The notes: generated from the letters alone by a model not told the origin. Numbered from the stretch's first letter, positions 27,318 to 36,879 are shown. The stretch is 49,051 nucleotides of DNA from a virus (IMGVR_UViG_3300046425_000466:1-49051), one strand, 5' to 3'. A program made the numbers and translations.

Positions 27318-29672
27318 TCACCAATATGTTGCGGGTCGGGGTTCTCCTGTCGCGGCATCTAAGTCCCAACCCAAGACTTGATACACGCCCTTCAATTTAC
27401 TCACGATTGCTTTGTCAAGAATGGTCTTGGCATCAAGCGTAAATCGTGATATTTCATAATCCTCTCGGTAAGCGACAACCTTTGTGTCGGGGAAACCGGG
27501 AGGAACGGCTGATACATAGGTCCACTTTACTGAATCTCCCGCTACAAACGGGTCATCGCTTCCCATGTTTTGATTGTAATACAATGCCGCTTTGCTTGCA
27601 CCGGATGGGATTTTGTATTCTTCCGGTGCTTGGCTTATGCGCGTCTGTTTTGTGACATCTTTGAGATTGACTTGTCCCTTGCGAACAGGTATCGCAAGTT
27701 CCAATATCTCATCACGCACAACGGCCTCATTTTCTCCTTTGCATATCAAAGACAACGCCACCCTTTCAGCAGTTTTGCTGATAGGAGCAAGGCTACTACC
27801 CTTCAAGAAGTTCGCGGTTTTCCATTTGCCTTTATCCTCTTTGGGGAATGACACAATACCTGCATACTTGTTCTTCTTCTCAAACAACCAATACGGAATG
27901 TAGGCTTCAAGTTCAGCAAACAATTGTTTGTTTCCGGTAGCCTCTTGCACAGCATCGGTTACGCGCTTTGCTAAAACCTCCGCATCTTCTTGCGGGACTT
28001 GAATGAATGCGCTGTCAGTGAATCCATACAGCACATTGTAGCCGAGCCTTGTTGCTACGCTGTCAAGCAGACGAATGCATCGTCGTCCTTCGGATAGGAT
28101 AGTGTGTGCTATGTCAGTGTCGGCCCAACCAAAACCATTGTGCGCGGTCATCCCGTATAGGCTCGCCATCACGCGCTTTACTGCTGATTGAGTTGTGTTC
28201 CATGCGGCTCGTTCTTCTTTGGTTTCAGCGTTGCGCATCTTCTGTTTGCATTCTGCTCGGAAGTCAAACAGATAGTCAACAACCGTGGGTAGTATTCCTT
28301 TTGTTCGGGTGTCCCAATACGAACCGTTCTCAAGTTGAATAATACCTTCACCCGGACCATCTCGCTTTGTTGTGTAGCAAAGATTGTGTCCTGTAATCAG
28401 TGATGGATATAGCCCCTTGTAGTCAATGATTGCCACGCCCTCATACAACCCCGGCTCTTTCATGATAAACTCCGCACCTGTTAGGTCAACCTTCTCCGCT
28501 TTGTATCGCGAAGGTGCTTTGAGATGAGTCCTACGAGAGAGTAGGCCACGCGCAAAGTTGGTTACATTTGTTGCTGATTGGATTGATACACCACACAAAC
28601 GAACCATCTCCGAATAGAAGTCAGTTACATTGCGCGCTTCATCAATGCCACGAAGTAGCACTGTGTCAAGCAAACAGTAGTCAACAAACTCCGACCAATA
28701 CTCATACCAACCGTTGTGAACATCCATTCCTTCTATCTCTTCGGTGAGTTTTGAACCAAGACCCAACTCTTCTGCAATGGTATTCAACTTGAGGTTGGGT
28801 AGTTGACCGCCGCCACTGTCTTTCCACACTCGCTCAAACCCTGTGCCGCTTGTAGCGGGCGCGGCAGTGTCAAACTGCCAACGACCTGCAATGGGTTGGT
28901 CTGTTGGATAGTATCGCTGTCCCTTCTTTGGATAGCGGATAATGCCAAGTGGACTCAACTTAGATGCCCCGCCCCAACCATAGATTTTGTCAAGGCGTTC
29001 TATCATATGTGGTATGTCAAAGAATGTTCCTGCGTGAGCAATCATCATGTCGGGGTTGCGCTCTTGCAAGAAGTCAATGAAATTGTTATACAATTGCTTC
29101 TCACTGAAACAAAGGTGCAATTCATATTCCTCTCCGCGCACTTCTCTTTGATGTATTTCATTCCATCTCCCTGTGTTGGGATAAGAACAATTGGTTCTCT
29201 CATCAGTCCACGCAAACACAATCGGTTTGTCAAGGTCGGAGTCAATGACAGCAATGACAGTAGTGAACTTGTCATCTCCTGTGTTGCATTCAATATCATA
29301 CCACCACTTGCGCGGCTTCCACTTTGGCATCTCGGCTACATTCTCAATGAGGTATTGGTCAGCATACCGAACATCGGCTTCATAAGTGCGAGCAAACATG
29401 TCGCGCATTCTGCTGATGTCAAAAGGTGAGTTGGTGCTTACTCGGTAAAGTGCTTGACCATCAAGACCCTCGTAGTGCGTTTCTGTATCAATCCTTGCTT
29501 GAGGATATGAACGCCTCAATGCTTTGATTCGGAACTCCGGTGTTGATTGCGGGACGAAGAAAGACGGAAGGTAGCCTTCAACTCTCTCTTCAATCAATTC
29601 TCCCTTGTCATCACGGTGTCGCTTGTAAATAGTAGGTGCTTCATCATCATGGTATATTGCATCAACAATCAT
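27318..29672 (-). CDS. polB: Family B DNA polymerase
   Basis: YEADV, YDIE, FFD and YCLLD exonuclease motifs; DYKGLYPS, KRVMASLYG, YGFTDS, KNKYAG. Confidence 0.95.
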   Translation of the reverse strand: MIVDAIYHDDEAPTIYKRHRDDKGELIEERVEGYLPSFFVPQSTPEFRIKALRRSYPQARIDTETHYEGLDGQALYRVSTNSPFDISRMRDMFARTYEADVRYADQYLIENVAEMPKWKPRKWWYDIECNTGDDKFTTVIAVIDSDLDKPIVFAWTDERTNCSYPNTGRWNEIHQREVRGEEYELHLCFSEKQLYNNFIDFLQERNPDMMIAHAGTFFDIPHMIERLDKIYGWGGASKLSPLGIIRYPKKGQRYYPTDQPIAGRWQFDTAAPATSGTGFERVWKDSGGGQLPNLKLNTIAEELGLGSKLTEEIEGMDVHNGWYEYWSEFVDYCLLDTVLLRGIDEARNVTDFYSEMVRLCGVSIQSATNVTNFARGLLSRRTHLKAPSRYKAEKVDLTGAEFIMKEPGLYEGVAIIDYKGLYPSLITGHNLCYTTKRDGPGEGIIQLENGSYWDTRTKGILPTVVDYLFDFRAECKQKMRNAETKEERAAWNTTQSAVKRVMASLYGMTAHNGFGWADTDIAHTILSEGRRCIRLLDSVATRLGYNVLYGFTDSAFIQVPQEDAEVLAKRVTDAVQEATGNKQLFAELEAYIPYWLFEKKNKYAGIVSFPKEDKGKWKTANFLKGSSLAPISKTAERVALSLICKGENEAVVRDEILELAIPVRKGQVNLKDVTKQTRISQAPEEYKIPSGASKAALYYNQNMGSDDPFVAGDSVKWTYVSAVPPGFPDTKVVAYREDYEISRFTLDAKTILDKAIVSKLKGVYQVLGWDLDAATGEPRPATYW

Positions 29673-30439
29673 CAGTTTACCCCCTGTTGGTGTTTCAAAA
29701 TCAGTAGTGTGTCTTCTTCTTGGTGGTCCAACACAAGAGCAGATTGCTCACCCATATAGAAGTCAACAATGCCACTGTCCATACAGCGCAAGGTGCTTGG
29801 TAGGTGCGAACCAAAGTATGTGGTGGTTTCAACATCACCCCAAACACTTGTCAAATCAATGGTGCGACTCATGTTCGCGCCCCCAACAATGTTCCCCATC
29901 GTGATAACCATTTCGGCATCAGTAGGATTGACACGAACACGACATGGTGCATCTTTACCTGCCACCTTGACTCCAACCTCCATACCCTTCATCTCAATGA
30001 CGCTGATATTGCCATTGACATTCAGTGGTGATGGTCCAATCTTGGTGAAGTTGTTGCTCCTCATCTCTTGGATTGCCGCTTTCGCGCGGTCAACAGTCAT
30101 CGCTGAACGAATGTGTGTGTGGCTCGGAATGCTCAAGGCGTTGTTCCCTATTTTCAAATTGAAAGAGCCTTCCCATTGAGTCAATATACATAACTCTTGC
30201 GAAGATGCTTTAAGGAATGTCACGACTTTTGACACATCATTCACATACACCTTACCGGGGCGATACTTCACTTCGTTCGCTATCAATATCCCTATACTCT
30301 TCTCGCAGTAGTGCGTTGGAGTATCAACCGCGCCATAGACGCGGTTATCTTTGATTTCAAGTAGCATGTCTTCTATGTTCTCTCCGAATCCATTGATGAA
30401 TCCGAGTAATTTCTTTCTGTCAATTATTGCTTGGGCCAT
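29672..30439 (-). CDS. Putative sliding clamp (divergent PCNA-like)
   Basis: 255 aa, PCNA-sized; IDRKKLLGFI..IEDMLLEIKDNRVYGAVD..H resembles the PCNA N-terminus; adjacent to polB. Confidence 0.6.
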   Translation of the reverse strand: MAQAIIDRKKLLGFINGFGENIEDMLLEIKDNRVYGAVDTPTHYCEKSIGILIANEVKYRPGKVYVNDVSKVVTFLKASSQELCILTQWEGSFNLKIGNNALSIPSHTHIRSAMTVDRAKAAIQEMRSNNFTKIGPSPLNVNGNISVIEMKGMEVGVKVAGKDAPCRVRVNPTDAEMVITMGNIVGGANMSRTIDLTSVWGDVETTTYFGSHLPSTLRCMDSGIVDFYMGEQSALVLDHQEEDTLLILKHQQGVN

Positions 30440-30654
30440 TTTGGTTCCTCTCCAAATCTCTTGATGTGTTCAATCTTACACTCCGGGCATAGTGGTCTTC
30501 CTTGATGCCATTTATCATCATCCATCATTCTCACCGGAGGTGGTGTGTATTCCTTCGCGTTGCGGCAAAGGTAATTGGATGATGTTAGATGGCTTGATAC
30601 GCTAATGTGAATCGGGTATTTAGACGCGTCCGGCAACTTAGCGGCCATCATCAT
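30424..30654 (-). CDS. Small hypothetical protein (Cys/His)
   Basis: IHI..YLC...LCPEC; GGGTGA RBS before the Met cluster. Confidence 0.55.
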   Translation of the reverse strand: MMMAAKLPDASKYPIHISVSSHLTSSNYLCRNAKEYTPPPVRMMDDDKWHQGRPLCPECKIEHIKRFGEEPKWPKQ

Positions 30655-31066
30655 CACCCTCATTCGGTTCACTGCTTGGCACATACCTTAGACAAAGACA
30701 ACTGTAATTCTGTGTTACGCGCTCTTGAACGCCGTTGTTAGAAACAATCTTCACTTCCTCAACCTCACCTGTCCCACCGCAAGATTTGCAGTTAGGGTCG
30801 GCTACAACGGTCATGTGATTGAAGATACAGTCGCATGGGTCCTTCTCAATGTCAATCTCCATCTCGCCATCATGGGAAGAGAATCGGCTCACTTGAATGT
30901 AAATAAAGCCTTCACCTCCACATTCCATACACGCGGGGTCGGGAATGTAAGGAGGGTATTTCTCACTCAACGGCGCATCGGAGTCAATGTGGAAACCGCG
31001 CGGTCTGCTTTCGTCATGTGCAGGTGTGCCTGTCTTGGGCCACTCGTCTGTGTAATCGTCGGACAT
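30638..31066 (-). CDS. Protein with DnaJ-type CxxCxGxG zinc fingers
   Basis: CMECGGEG..CDC and CKSCGGTG..CLC; ATG 31066 coupled to the upstream stop. Confidence 0.7.
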   Translation of the reverse strand: MSDDYTDEWPKTGTPAHDESRPRGFHIDSDAPLSEKYPPYIPDPACMECGGEGFIYIQVSRFSSHDGEMEIDIEKDPCDCIFNHMTVVADPNCKSCGGTGEVEEVKIVSNNGVQERVTQNYSCLCLRYVPSSEPNEGDDDGR

Positions 31067-32043
31067 CAAATGCCGCCCTCTCTCAATTCCGGTAGTCCAT
31101 ACCATTCGGGGGATTCGCCTTTCTTGGTCCTCATGATTAGTCGTCGTTGGTCCAACAGTTCGGGATTTGTGCGACACTTGACAAACTCAACTTCGTAGCG
31201 GACTTCGCCTGTTGGGGCATTGTTCTCGTCGCGCACCTTTGTTTTGTGGAACCAAAGGACTTGATTGAGTTGAGCCGAAGTGTTCTTCTCCCACGCGGCT
31301 TTCTTGCCGAGAATAGCACCCGACTTGTCTTGAATGTCCTTGAAGTGGGTTTCCCAATAGACGCGAACTCCAAGACCCATGAGAGTCTTGCTGATTGCTG
31401 TCAGTTGATGGAAACGGGTTGAACGAATCTGCCAATTGAAACGCATTCCTACTTGCTCATGAGGCTTAACCTTCGCTCCGATACCATCGGGTGCGGTTCC
31501 CAAATCTTCAATGAACATACAGTTGGATGCAACCTTGTCCCACTCATCAATACCTGTCACAAGAACTGTATTCAAGAGGGGGCGATTACCGGGGTTAGCG
31601 GCCCAATCAACAAGTGTCCGCCCAATGTTCATGACGCGTCGGTGGGTAGCAGGGTAGTCAAATGAATCCCGCGCATCTCCCGATTGCATCACATTCGGAT
31701 TGAGAACACGAATGTTCTTGGATATGTTTCTGTGATGTGTAGCACGAATCGTTTGACCGCCACCATCAAAGTCAAGGACGAAGATAACATCTCCTCTTTC
31801 CACTTCTTCGTCTGTGAGGCTGTCAAGAACAATGCCTGTCTTACCAACACCTTCGGGTCCAACAAGACCCATGAAGGTTTGATTGTCGGGTAGGTAGTCT
31901 GCGGATTGGGAGATTTCATCCCATACGCTTAGACCGATAGGCGCGCTTTGAACGGGTTGTTCCTGTTTAGGAACTGCTTGTTGCGCATCTTCGTTTGCTG
32001 TTTCTGCTTCTGCTTGTTTTTGTAGGTCTTTTAGATTAGCCAT
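31066..32043 (-). CDS. RecA-fold P-loop ATPase (AAA_24/Sak4-like recombinase)
   Basis: GPEGVGKT Walker A, VLDFDGG, VYWETH, FVKCR. Confidence 0.7.
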   Translation of the reverse strand: MANLKDLQKQAEAETANEDAQQAVPKQEQPVQSAPIGLSVWDEISQSADYLPDNQTFMGLVGPEGVGKTGIVLDSLTDEEVERGDVIFVLDFDGGGQTIRATHHRNISKNIRVLNPNVMQSGDARDSFDYPATHRRVMNIGRTLVDWAANPGNRPLLNTVLVTGIDEWDKVASNCMFIEDLGTAPDGIGAKVKPHEQVGMRFNWQIRSTRFHQLTAISKTLMGLGVRVYWETHFKDIQDKSGAILGKKAAWEKNTSAQLNQVLWFHKTKVRDENNAPTGEVRYEVEFVKCRTNPELLDQRRLIMRTKKGESPEWYGLPELREGGI

Positions 32044-32048
32044 TCATT

Positions 32049-33374
32049 TCACTCTCCTTTGAATTGGTCCACACCTGTGTGTCCGCCTTCACCACTTGGG
32101 ATTGCGAGGCGTGGAACTGCATAGATACCAACGGCGTTGATTTTTGGAATCTCAACATCGTCTTTTACGCTCATACCAAGACGACCGTAAATGAATACTG
32201 TGGATTTGATAGCGTATGGTTTGTAGCCTTCTTCGGTAGCATACTCAAAGCATCGTCCTTCATCACCGAGGAAACCATGAATGCCAATTCCGACATCACG
32301 GCGGTTGTCCTCAAAGGAGCGCATCAAGTCAAAGGAAGTGACGCGCATGAAGTAAGTGTGGCCGGATGGGTCCCACTCGTAGTCGCTCGGTTCAAGTCGC
32401 ATGTCGCTCACCTTCGCTTTGATGACAACCATTGGACCGACAGGGTTTGGTATTCCCGCAATCGTTTCGCTCTTGGTTTGATACAGTTCACCAAGCGTTG
32501 ACAAGTCCTTGACAAATCGCCCGGAGGTAGGTAGCAAGCGTTCCGGTTTGACAGCATCTTTGTATTGTTCTTCAACAATATCACCGTAGGTGATTGCCGA
32601 AGGGAACGGTAGTGCGTTCCAAACATCTTCCCAACCTGCTGATACACTGTTGCGCGCTCTCACTTTGAGTGTGCATGGTGAATACATTTGAGGAATGTGC
32701 CACTCATCGGGGTTCTTTGAAGTGACAGTGATTCGCAAGTGTTCTTGCTCGTCAATGAACTCATCCTTTGTGTTCCCATAGAAGTGGTAAGTGCGTTGCC
32801 ATCGGTAAGGTGTGATGGGTTCGCCATGACGACTCCAATCCGGGTTGTTCTGTAAGATGGCGATTGAAAGACCATGCTCTTCAAACAAGAACCACGGCTT
32901 TTCATCTGCGCTTTCTTCTGTTTTGACCGAACCATCAGCCTTCTCAAGCATCCATACGCCATCTTCGGTATAGGCGCGAGCCACAAGTCCCGTAGCAATC
33001 GCATCGTTCAAGTCGTTCAGTGCGGCTGATACAGCAGGGGCGCGCTTTCGTTCTTGCGCATCTCTCACCTTGCTATCAAAGCCGGTGAAAAATCCAACAA
33101 GTCCAACTGCGTTTGCTGATGATGTGCTTGACATAACACGGCGTTCAACCATGAATGATTCTGCCGCTTCAATCAAGAAGTCGTCATCCTCTTTGCTTGG
33201 TTCACTGATGCCGAGGTCTGTCAACAAGTAAGCGGCAAATTGCTCGCGCGCTTCCTCAATGGTCTTACCATGCTTTTCAGCCCACCACTTTAGTCGCTCT
33301 TCAACTTCAGTGTGGTATGTTTGTTCGTTCTTTTCGTCTTCATTGTTTCCGTTTCCAATTTTCATATTGTTCAC
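32049..33374 (-). CDS. Putative ssDNA-binding (RPA/OB-fold-like) protein
   Basis: 441 aa, acidic; C-terminal YAIKSTVFIYGRL..INAVGIY is OB-like; lies between RFC and the ATPase. Confidence 0.45.
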   Translation of the reverse strand: MNNMKIGNGNNEDEKNEQTYHTEVEERLKWWAEKHGKTIEEAREQFAAYLLTDLGISEPSKEDDDFLIEAAESFMVERRVMSSTSSANAVGLVGFFTGFDSKVRDAQERKRAPAVSAALNDLNDAIATGLVARAYTEDGVWMLEKADGSVKTEESADEKPWFLFEEHGLSIAILQNNPDWSRHGEPITPYRWQRTYHFYGNTKDEFIDEQEHLRITVTSKNPDEWHIPQMYSPCTLKVRARNSVSAGWEDVWNALPFPSAITYGDIVEEQYKDAVKPERLLPTSGRFVKDLSTLGELYQTKSETIAGIPNPVGPMVVIKAKVSDMRLEPSDYEWDPSGHTYFMRVTSFDLMRSFEDNRRDVGIGIHGFLGDEGRCFEYATEEGYKPYAIKSTVFIYGRLGMSVKDDVEIPKINAVGIYAVPRLAIPSGEGGHTGVDQFKGE

Positions 33375-34261
33375 TCTCCATTATTTTTTGCGTCTTGCGT
33401 GTAAAGGGTTGCCACAAAGTAGTCCAAAAAGGACTGAACTCCGAGGGGCCATTCGTGCATTCTTAACACGAAATCTCCCCACACACACAAGAAGGTATAT
33501 AGTTGTTTTGAATCAAGTCCTATGGAAAGGACATGTTCATGGATGCGGTGCATCAAGCCGTGAGCATTTACTCCGCTTGCCACCATACCCGACATTGTTC
33601 GGTGAAGGGACTCCCAATCACCTGCGGCGACTTGTAGTGCCGCCATATCCATCTCTTGCTGAATCTGCGGTAAAGGCAGATTGCTGATGAGATGCTTTTG
33701 AATTGCTCTCAAATCACCACCGAAATAGATTGCTAACTCGTCTGCATTAGTTTGCATCGCGTCATCAATGATGTTTTCTTTCTTCAATAGTTCCACATAC
33801 GCGCGGACAGCAGTTGAAGAATGTGGCTTGAATGTGAATCGTGTGCATCGTGAACGAAGCGCAGGAATGATGGCCGAGAAGTTATTGCATGTCAGTATGA
33901 AAATACATTCGCTCGTTTCCATGATGCGGCGTAGTGCCTCTTGCGCTTGCTTCGTTAGACCGTCTGCTTCGTCAAGAAGAATCATGATTTTGTTCCAAAG
34001 ACCTGCGGACATTGACAACTCTTTGATACGCTTGCGGATTGCGTCTATGCCACGCTCGTCGGAAGCATTCAACTCATACAAAGTATAGCCGAGTTCATGT
34101 GCTAAGACATAAGCGGCTGTTGTCTTACCCGTCCCCGGCACTCCGTCAAATAGGAGGTTCGTTGGAGGGTTGTCTTGCCATTCGTCAATGTAAAAATACG
34201 GTAAGGCACTATCATTTGCGCCTATCACTTGTTCAATTGTTTGGGGTTTTAATTCACTCAT
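33371..34261 (-). CDS. rfcS: Clamp loader (RFC small subunit-like AAA+)
   Basis: KPQTIEQVIG, GVPGTGKTT, ELNASDERG, LLDEADGL..AQEALRR, ALRSRC, GDLR; ATG 34261 follows GGTGA. Confidence 0.92.
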   Translation of the reverse strand: MSELKPQTIEQVIGANDSALPYFYIDEWQDNPPTNLLFDGVPGTGKTTAAYVLAHELGYTLYELNASDERGIDAIRKRIKELSMSAGLWNKIMILLDEADGLTKQAQEALRRIMETSECIFILTCNNFSAIIPALRSRCTRFTFKPHSSTAVRAYVELLKKENIIDDAMQTNADELAIYFGGDLRAIQKHLISNLPLPQIQQEMDMAALQVAAGDWESLHRTMSGMVASGVNAHGLMHRIHEHVLSIGLDSKQLYTFLCVWGDFVLRMHEWPLGVQSFLDYFVATLYTQDAKNNGE

Positions 34262-34288
34262 CGTTTCACCGACCTTACCGCCACGGTT

Positions 34289-34305
34289 GGTGCGGGGTTT
34301 ATAAG
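34289..34305 (-). promoter_or_regulatory. TATA-box promoter (CTTATAAACCCCGCACC) upstream of RFC operon
   Basis: TTATAAA about 40 nt upstream of the ATG; near-identical element at 37194-37211. Confidence 0.6.
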
Positions 34306-34326
34306 CAATGGAGCAAATAGACAACC

Positions 34327-34404
34327 GGGACGGAGGGTTCTCACCTTTCACATGTGGCGGTTTTGTTTGTTTCTTCCCCACAGTTTCAACTCTCCCTCCG
34401 TCCC
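34327..34404. repeat. 11-bp inverted repeat GGGACGGAGGG / CCCTCCGTCCC
   Basis: Arms at 34327-34337 and 34394-34404 with a 56-nt spacer, next to an AT-rich tract. Confidence 0.8.
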
Positions 34405-34521
34405 CTCTTTTTGATGTTTCAATTCTTGATTTCTCGTTTCTTTATTGAAAGAATAACAAGATAAGTTTCCTTCAATACAAGAACCATAATTCAAGAAGTG
34501 TGTTCAAAGAGAGGCGTATGC

Positions 34522-34872
34522 TCACTCTTCGTATTCCATCAACTCAATCGCTTTCAGTAGTGTTTCGTGGGTGAGCCGTCTGCGGTTTATCTCCAACAGT
34601 TTCAGCATACGATTCATTCCATTCAAGTCTTTGACATGCTTTGCCACAGGGCGCAGTAGCACTATCAGCCGCATGATTTGTTCCTTGTCTTTGATGATGC
34701 GCGCATTGATTCCTTTCGTGGAGAGCCACATGTTCAGTGCGGGTTCATCCTTGCGTGATACCTTGATTCGTCTATTGATGCGATAACCGATTCGTGTTCG
34801 TGGCGCAAAATGCACACTCGCTTCAAACCGACATTCTCTTGCGAGCCAACCGAGGAAGAAGTCATCGTTCAT
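34522..34872 (-). CDS. Degenerate single-motif LAGLIDADG-like protein
   Basis: DFFLGWLARECRFEASV..GYRINRRIKVSRKDEPAL resembles the xLAGFxDGEGxF...V.Q.d..L pattern. Confidence 0.5.
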   Translation of the reverse strand: MNDDFFLGWLARECRFEASVHFAPRTRIGYRINRRIKVSRKDEPALNMWLSTKGINARIIKDKEQIMRLIVLLRPVAKHVKDLNGMNRMLKLLEINRRRLTHETLLKAIELMEYEE

Positions 34873-36196
34873 GCGTCGCCCTCTCCATCAAATCTCCAAT
34901 CTGCACAGCATCACTTATGCCGAGCGTGGTATCAATTCGTGTTAGGTATGGGGCGCGCAAGTGATTCGTGTTTGTATCAAACACCAATGCGTGAAAGATA
35001 CCTACAAGTCCTTCACGACATTCACGGAATACATTTGATTCAAAGAGAGGCGTAAGTATGTCGGGTATGTTCTCTTCTTTCACGAAGCAATATCCGACAG
35101 GGTATGGGTCAAATCCGTCAAGCGCGGCAACCTTGATTCGTATTCCTTTGCCATCTCTCTTTCCACCAAGAACGAGAAGCGGGAGGTCAAATGTTCTGCG
35201 AGGCACGATGAAGCCACCCACAGCACCGCTATGGAAATACGGTCGCTCGCCATCCATAAGACGCAACGATTCGTCCCGACTCAATGACTCAACCAACCTT
35301 CTCAAATGTGATTCGTCTTCAACAATGCGCGGATTCACACATCTTTCAATACGAGGCTTGCGCCAAATCTCCGGGTCTTCTTCCGTGAACAACCACTCAA
35401 CGACATTGTTGTTCTCATCAATCTCGGCTACGCAATCGCCATCAATCGGTAAGTGTGGTGAGCGCGCTACGGCGACCCCTAAACGGTCAAACGAAAATAC
35501 CCTTCCGGTCTTCCGGTGCGCGTAATAGCGGCTTGGGTTTACTATGTCATAGTGAGTTTCCTTGAATGGCAACGACCAATATCGCCACCGTGAATAGCGC
35601 GGGGCCATGAAAGGATAGGAGGGTTGGATTGTGTGTTCCGCAGGGAGTGTTCCCGATAATGCTTTCAGCACCACTTGATGCGGGGGCATGATTGTTCGTG
35701 CCTGTTGAAGTCGCTCAACAGTGTAGGTTGAAACCGAGCATACGCCTCCCATCAAATTGCGATAGTTGATGAGTGTTCTTCCGTAGCAGAATCCCCAAAA
35801 GGCTCTCGCGGCAGTTTGACTCATAGAGTTGGAAATGGTATCTATGTGTATTGCTTCTCCTTCTATGAGTTTCGTCTTCAACTCCCGCGCCTCTCTCAAA
35901 GTCAAAGAGCGTTCAACTTCCGTGGGTGATTCGTCCGCAAGGATTAGTGGTAGTTCCTTTTCGTGTCCTAACGATTCGTATTCTTCGGGGAACAATCCGT
36001 ATGAGTCGGATATGAGTTTGATGATGTGATGGTCTTTCACGGCATCTCTCGGTGTGGCGCAACAAAGAGCAATGATGTCTTCCACCTGTGTCTTGTTCAC
36101 ACGCATTAGCACACCGATAAGAGAATGCTTTTCCTTCTTGCTTTCAGCAGTTTGAATAGACGCGACAACGGAAGCCAACGCCTCAAAGTCAATCAT
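34862..36196 (-). CDS. ATP-dependent DNA ligase homolog, apparently inactivated
   Basis: DBD-like N-terminus (FEALASVVASIQTAESKKEK), PFMAP, R..AHRK..VFSFDRLG, E.L.L....PY, TFDLPLLVLGG, LRAPYLTRI; no KxDG motif. Confidence 0.65.
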   Translation of the reverse strand: MIDFEALASVVASIQTAESKKEKHSLIGVLMRVNKTQVEDIIALCCATPRDAVKDHHIIKLISDSYGLFPEEYESLGHEKELPLILADESPTEVERSLTLREARELKTKLIEGEAIHIDTISNSMSQTAARAFWGFCYGRTLINYRNLMGGVCSVSTYTVERLQQARTIMPPHQVVLKALSGTLPAEHTIQPSYPFMAPRYSRWRYWSLPFKETHYDIVNPSRYYAHRKTGRVFSFDRLGVAVARSPHLPIDGDCVAEIDENNNVVEWLFTEEDPEIWRKPRIERCVNPRIVEDESHLRRLVESLSRDESLRLMDGERPYFHSGAVGGFIVPRRTFDLPLLVLGGKRDGKGIRIKVAALDGFDPYPVGYCFVKEENIPDILTPLFESNVFRECREGLVGIFHALVFDTNTNHLRAPYLTRIDTTLGISDAVQIGDLMERATHER

Positions 36197-36879
36197 TCCT
36201 CTTCACCAAGATTCGTGTTGCGACTCACAAGCATTCCGCGCATGTGAGGTGGAACAGCCATCTCTCCGTGTTGAGTCCCGAACAGAATTACCGTTCCGTC
36301 TTGAAGCATAGGTATCAAAGAAGCATCGTCAGCCAAGAGGATTGCTTCTTCTCTTTCAATGACGCGGTAGCCTTGCCAATTGAAAAATAGGTCATCACCT
36401 GCGATGAGGTGATAATCCATAGGTGTCATGAAAACTTCGTGAACATCTCCCTCTTCTTCGTCTTGTGTGTGAGTGATGCGCACAGTCCATTGGTCTATGA
36501 GAACAGTCGTGCCACTTTCGTCTTGCGAGGGAACGACATTGATTATCCATTCAGCATTTTCAAGGTCAAAGTTTACGAGAGGTATTCCCGATTCGGGGTC
36601 AGCCCATTCTTTCGCGGCGTTCTGTGCGGCTTCTAACGGGTCTTCTATGAGTTGCGCCTCTTTCGCATTGAAAGAAATATCAATTTCCGCACACACTCTC
36701 GCTACTCGCTCAATCCCCATTGCGGATTCCGCAGGGTATTGTCGCAGGGTTAGTTCCTTGTCGCTCGTCTTTTCAATTAGCGCGCCACTTACAGTCCATG
36801 TATCACCAACAGCCATTGTGTTGATATGTTGTTGCGTCCAATCTATGTCGTCTTGTTGTGGTGTCCAATCGTCAATCAT
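36193..36879 (-). CDS. Acidic hypothetical protein
   Basis: 228 aa; ATGA-coupled. Confidence 0.75.
   Translation of the reverse strand: MIDDWTPQQDDIDWTQQHINTMAVGDTWTVSGALIEKTSDKELTLRQYPAESAMGIERVARVCAEIDISFNAKEAQLIEDPLEAAQNAAKEWADPESGIPLVNFDLENAEWIINVVPSQDESGTTVLIDQWTVRITHTQDEEEGDVHEVFMTPMDYHLIAGDDLFFNWQGYRVIEREEAILLADDASLIPMLQDGTVILFGTQHGEMAVPPHMRGMLVSRNTNLGEEE

Noticed and set aside
27318-29672. Intein or split gene in PolB
   Set aside because: All motifs are contiguous at normal spacing in 784 aa; no intein signatures
34262-34381. N-terminal extension of RFC given in the ORF track
   Set aside because: Region contains the TATA box, inverted repeat and a GGTGA RBS before ATG 34261; RFC homology starts there
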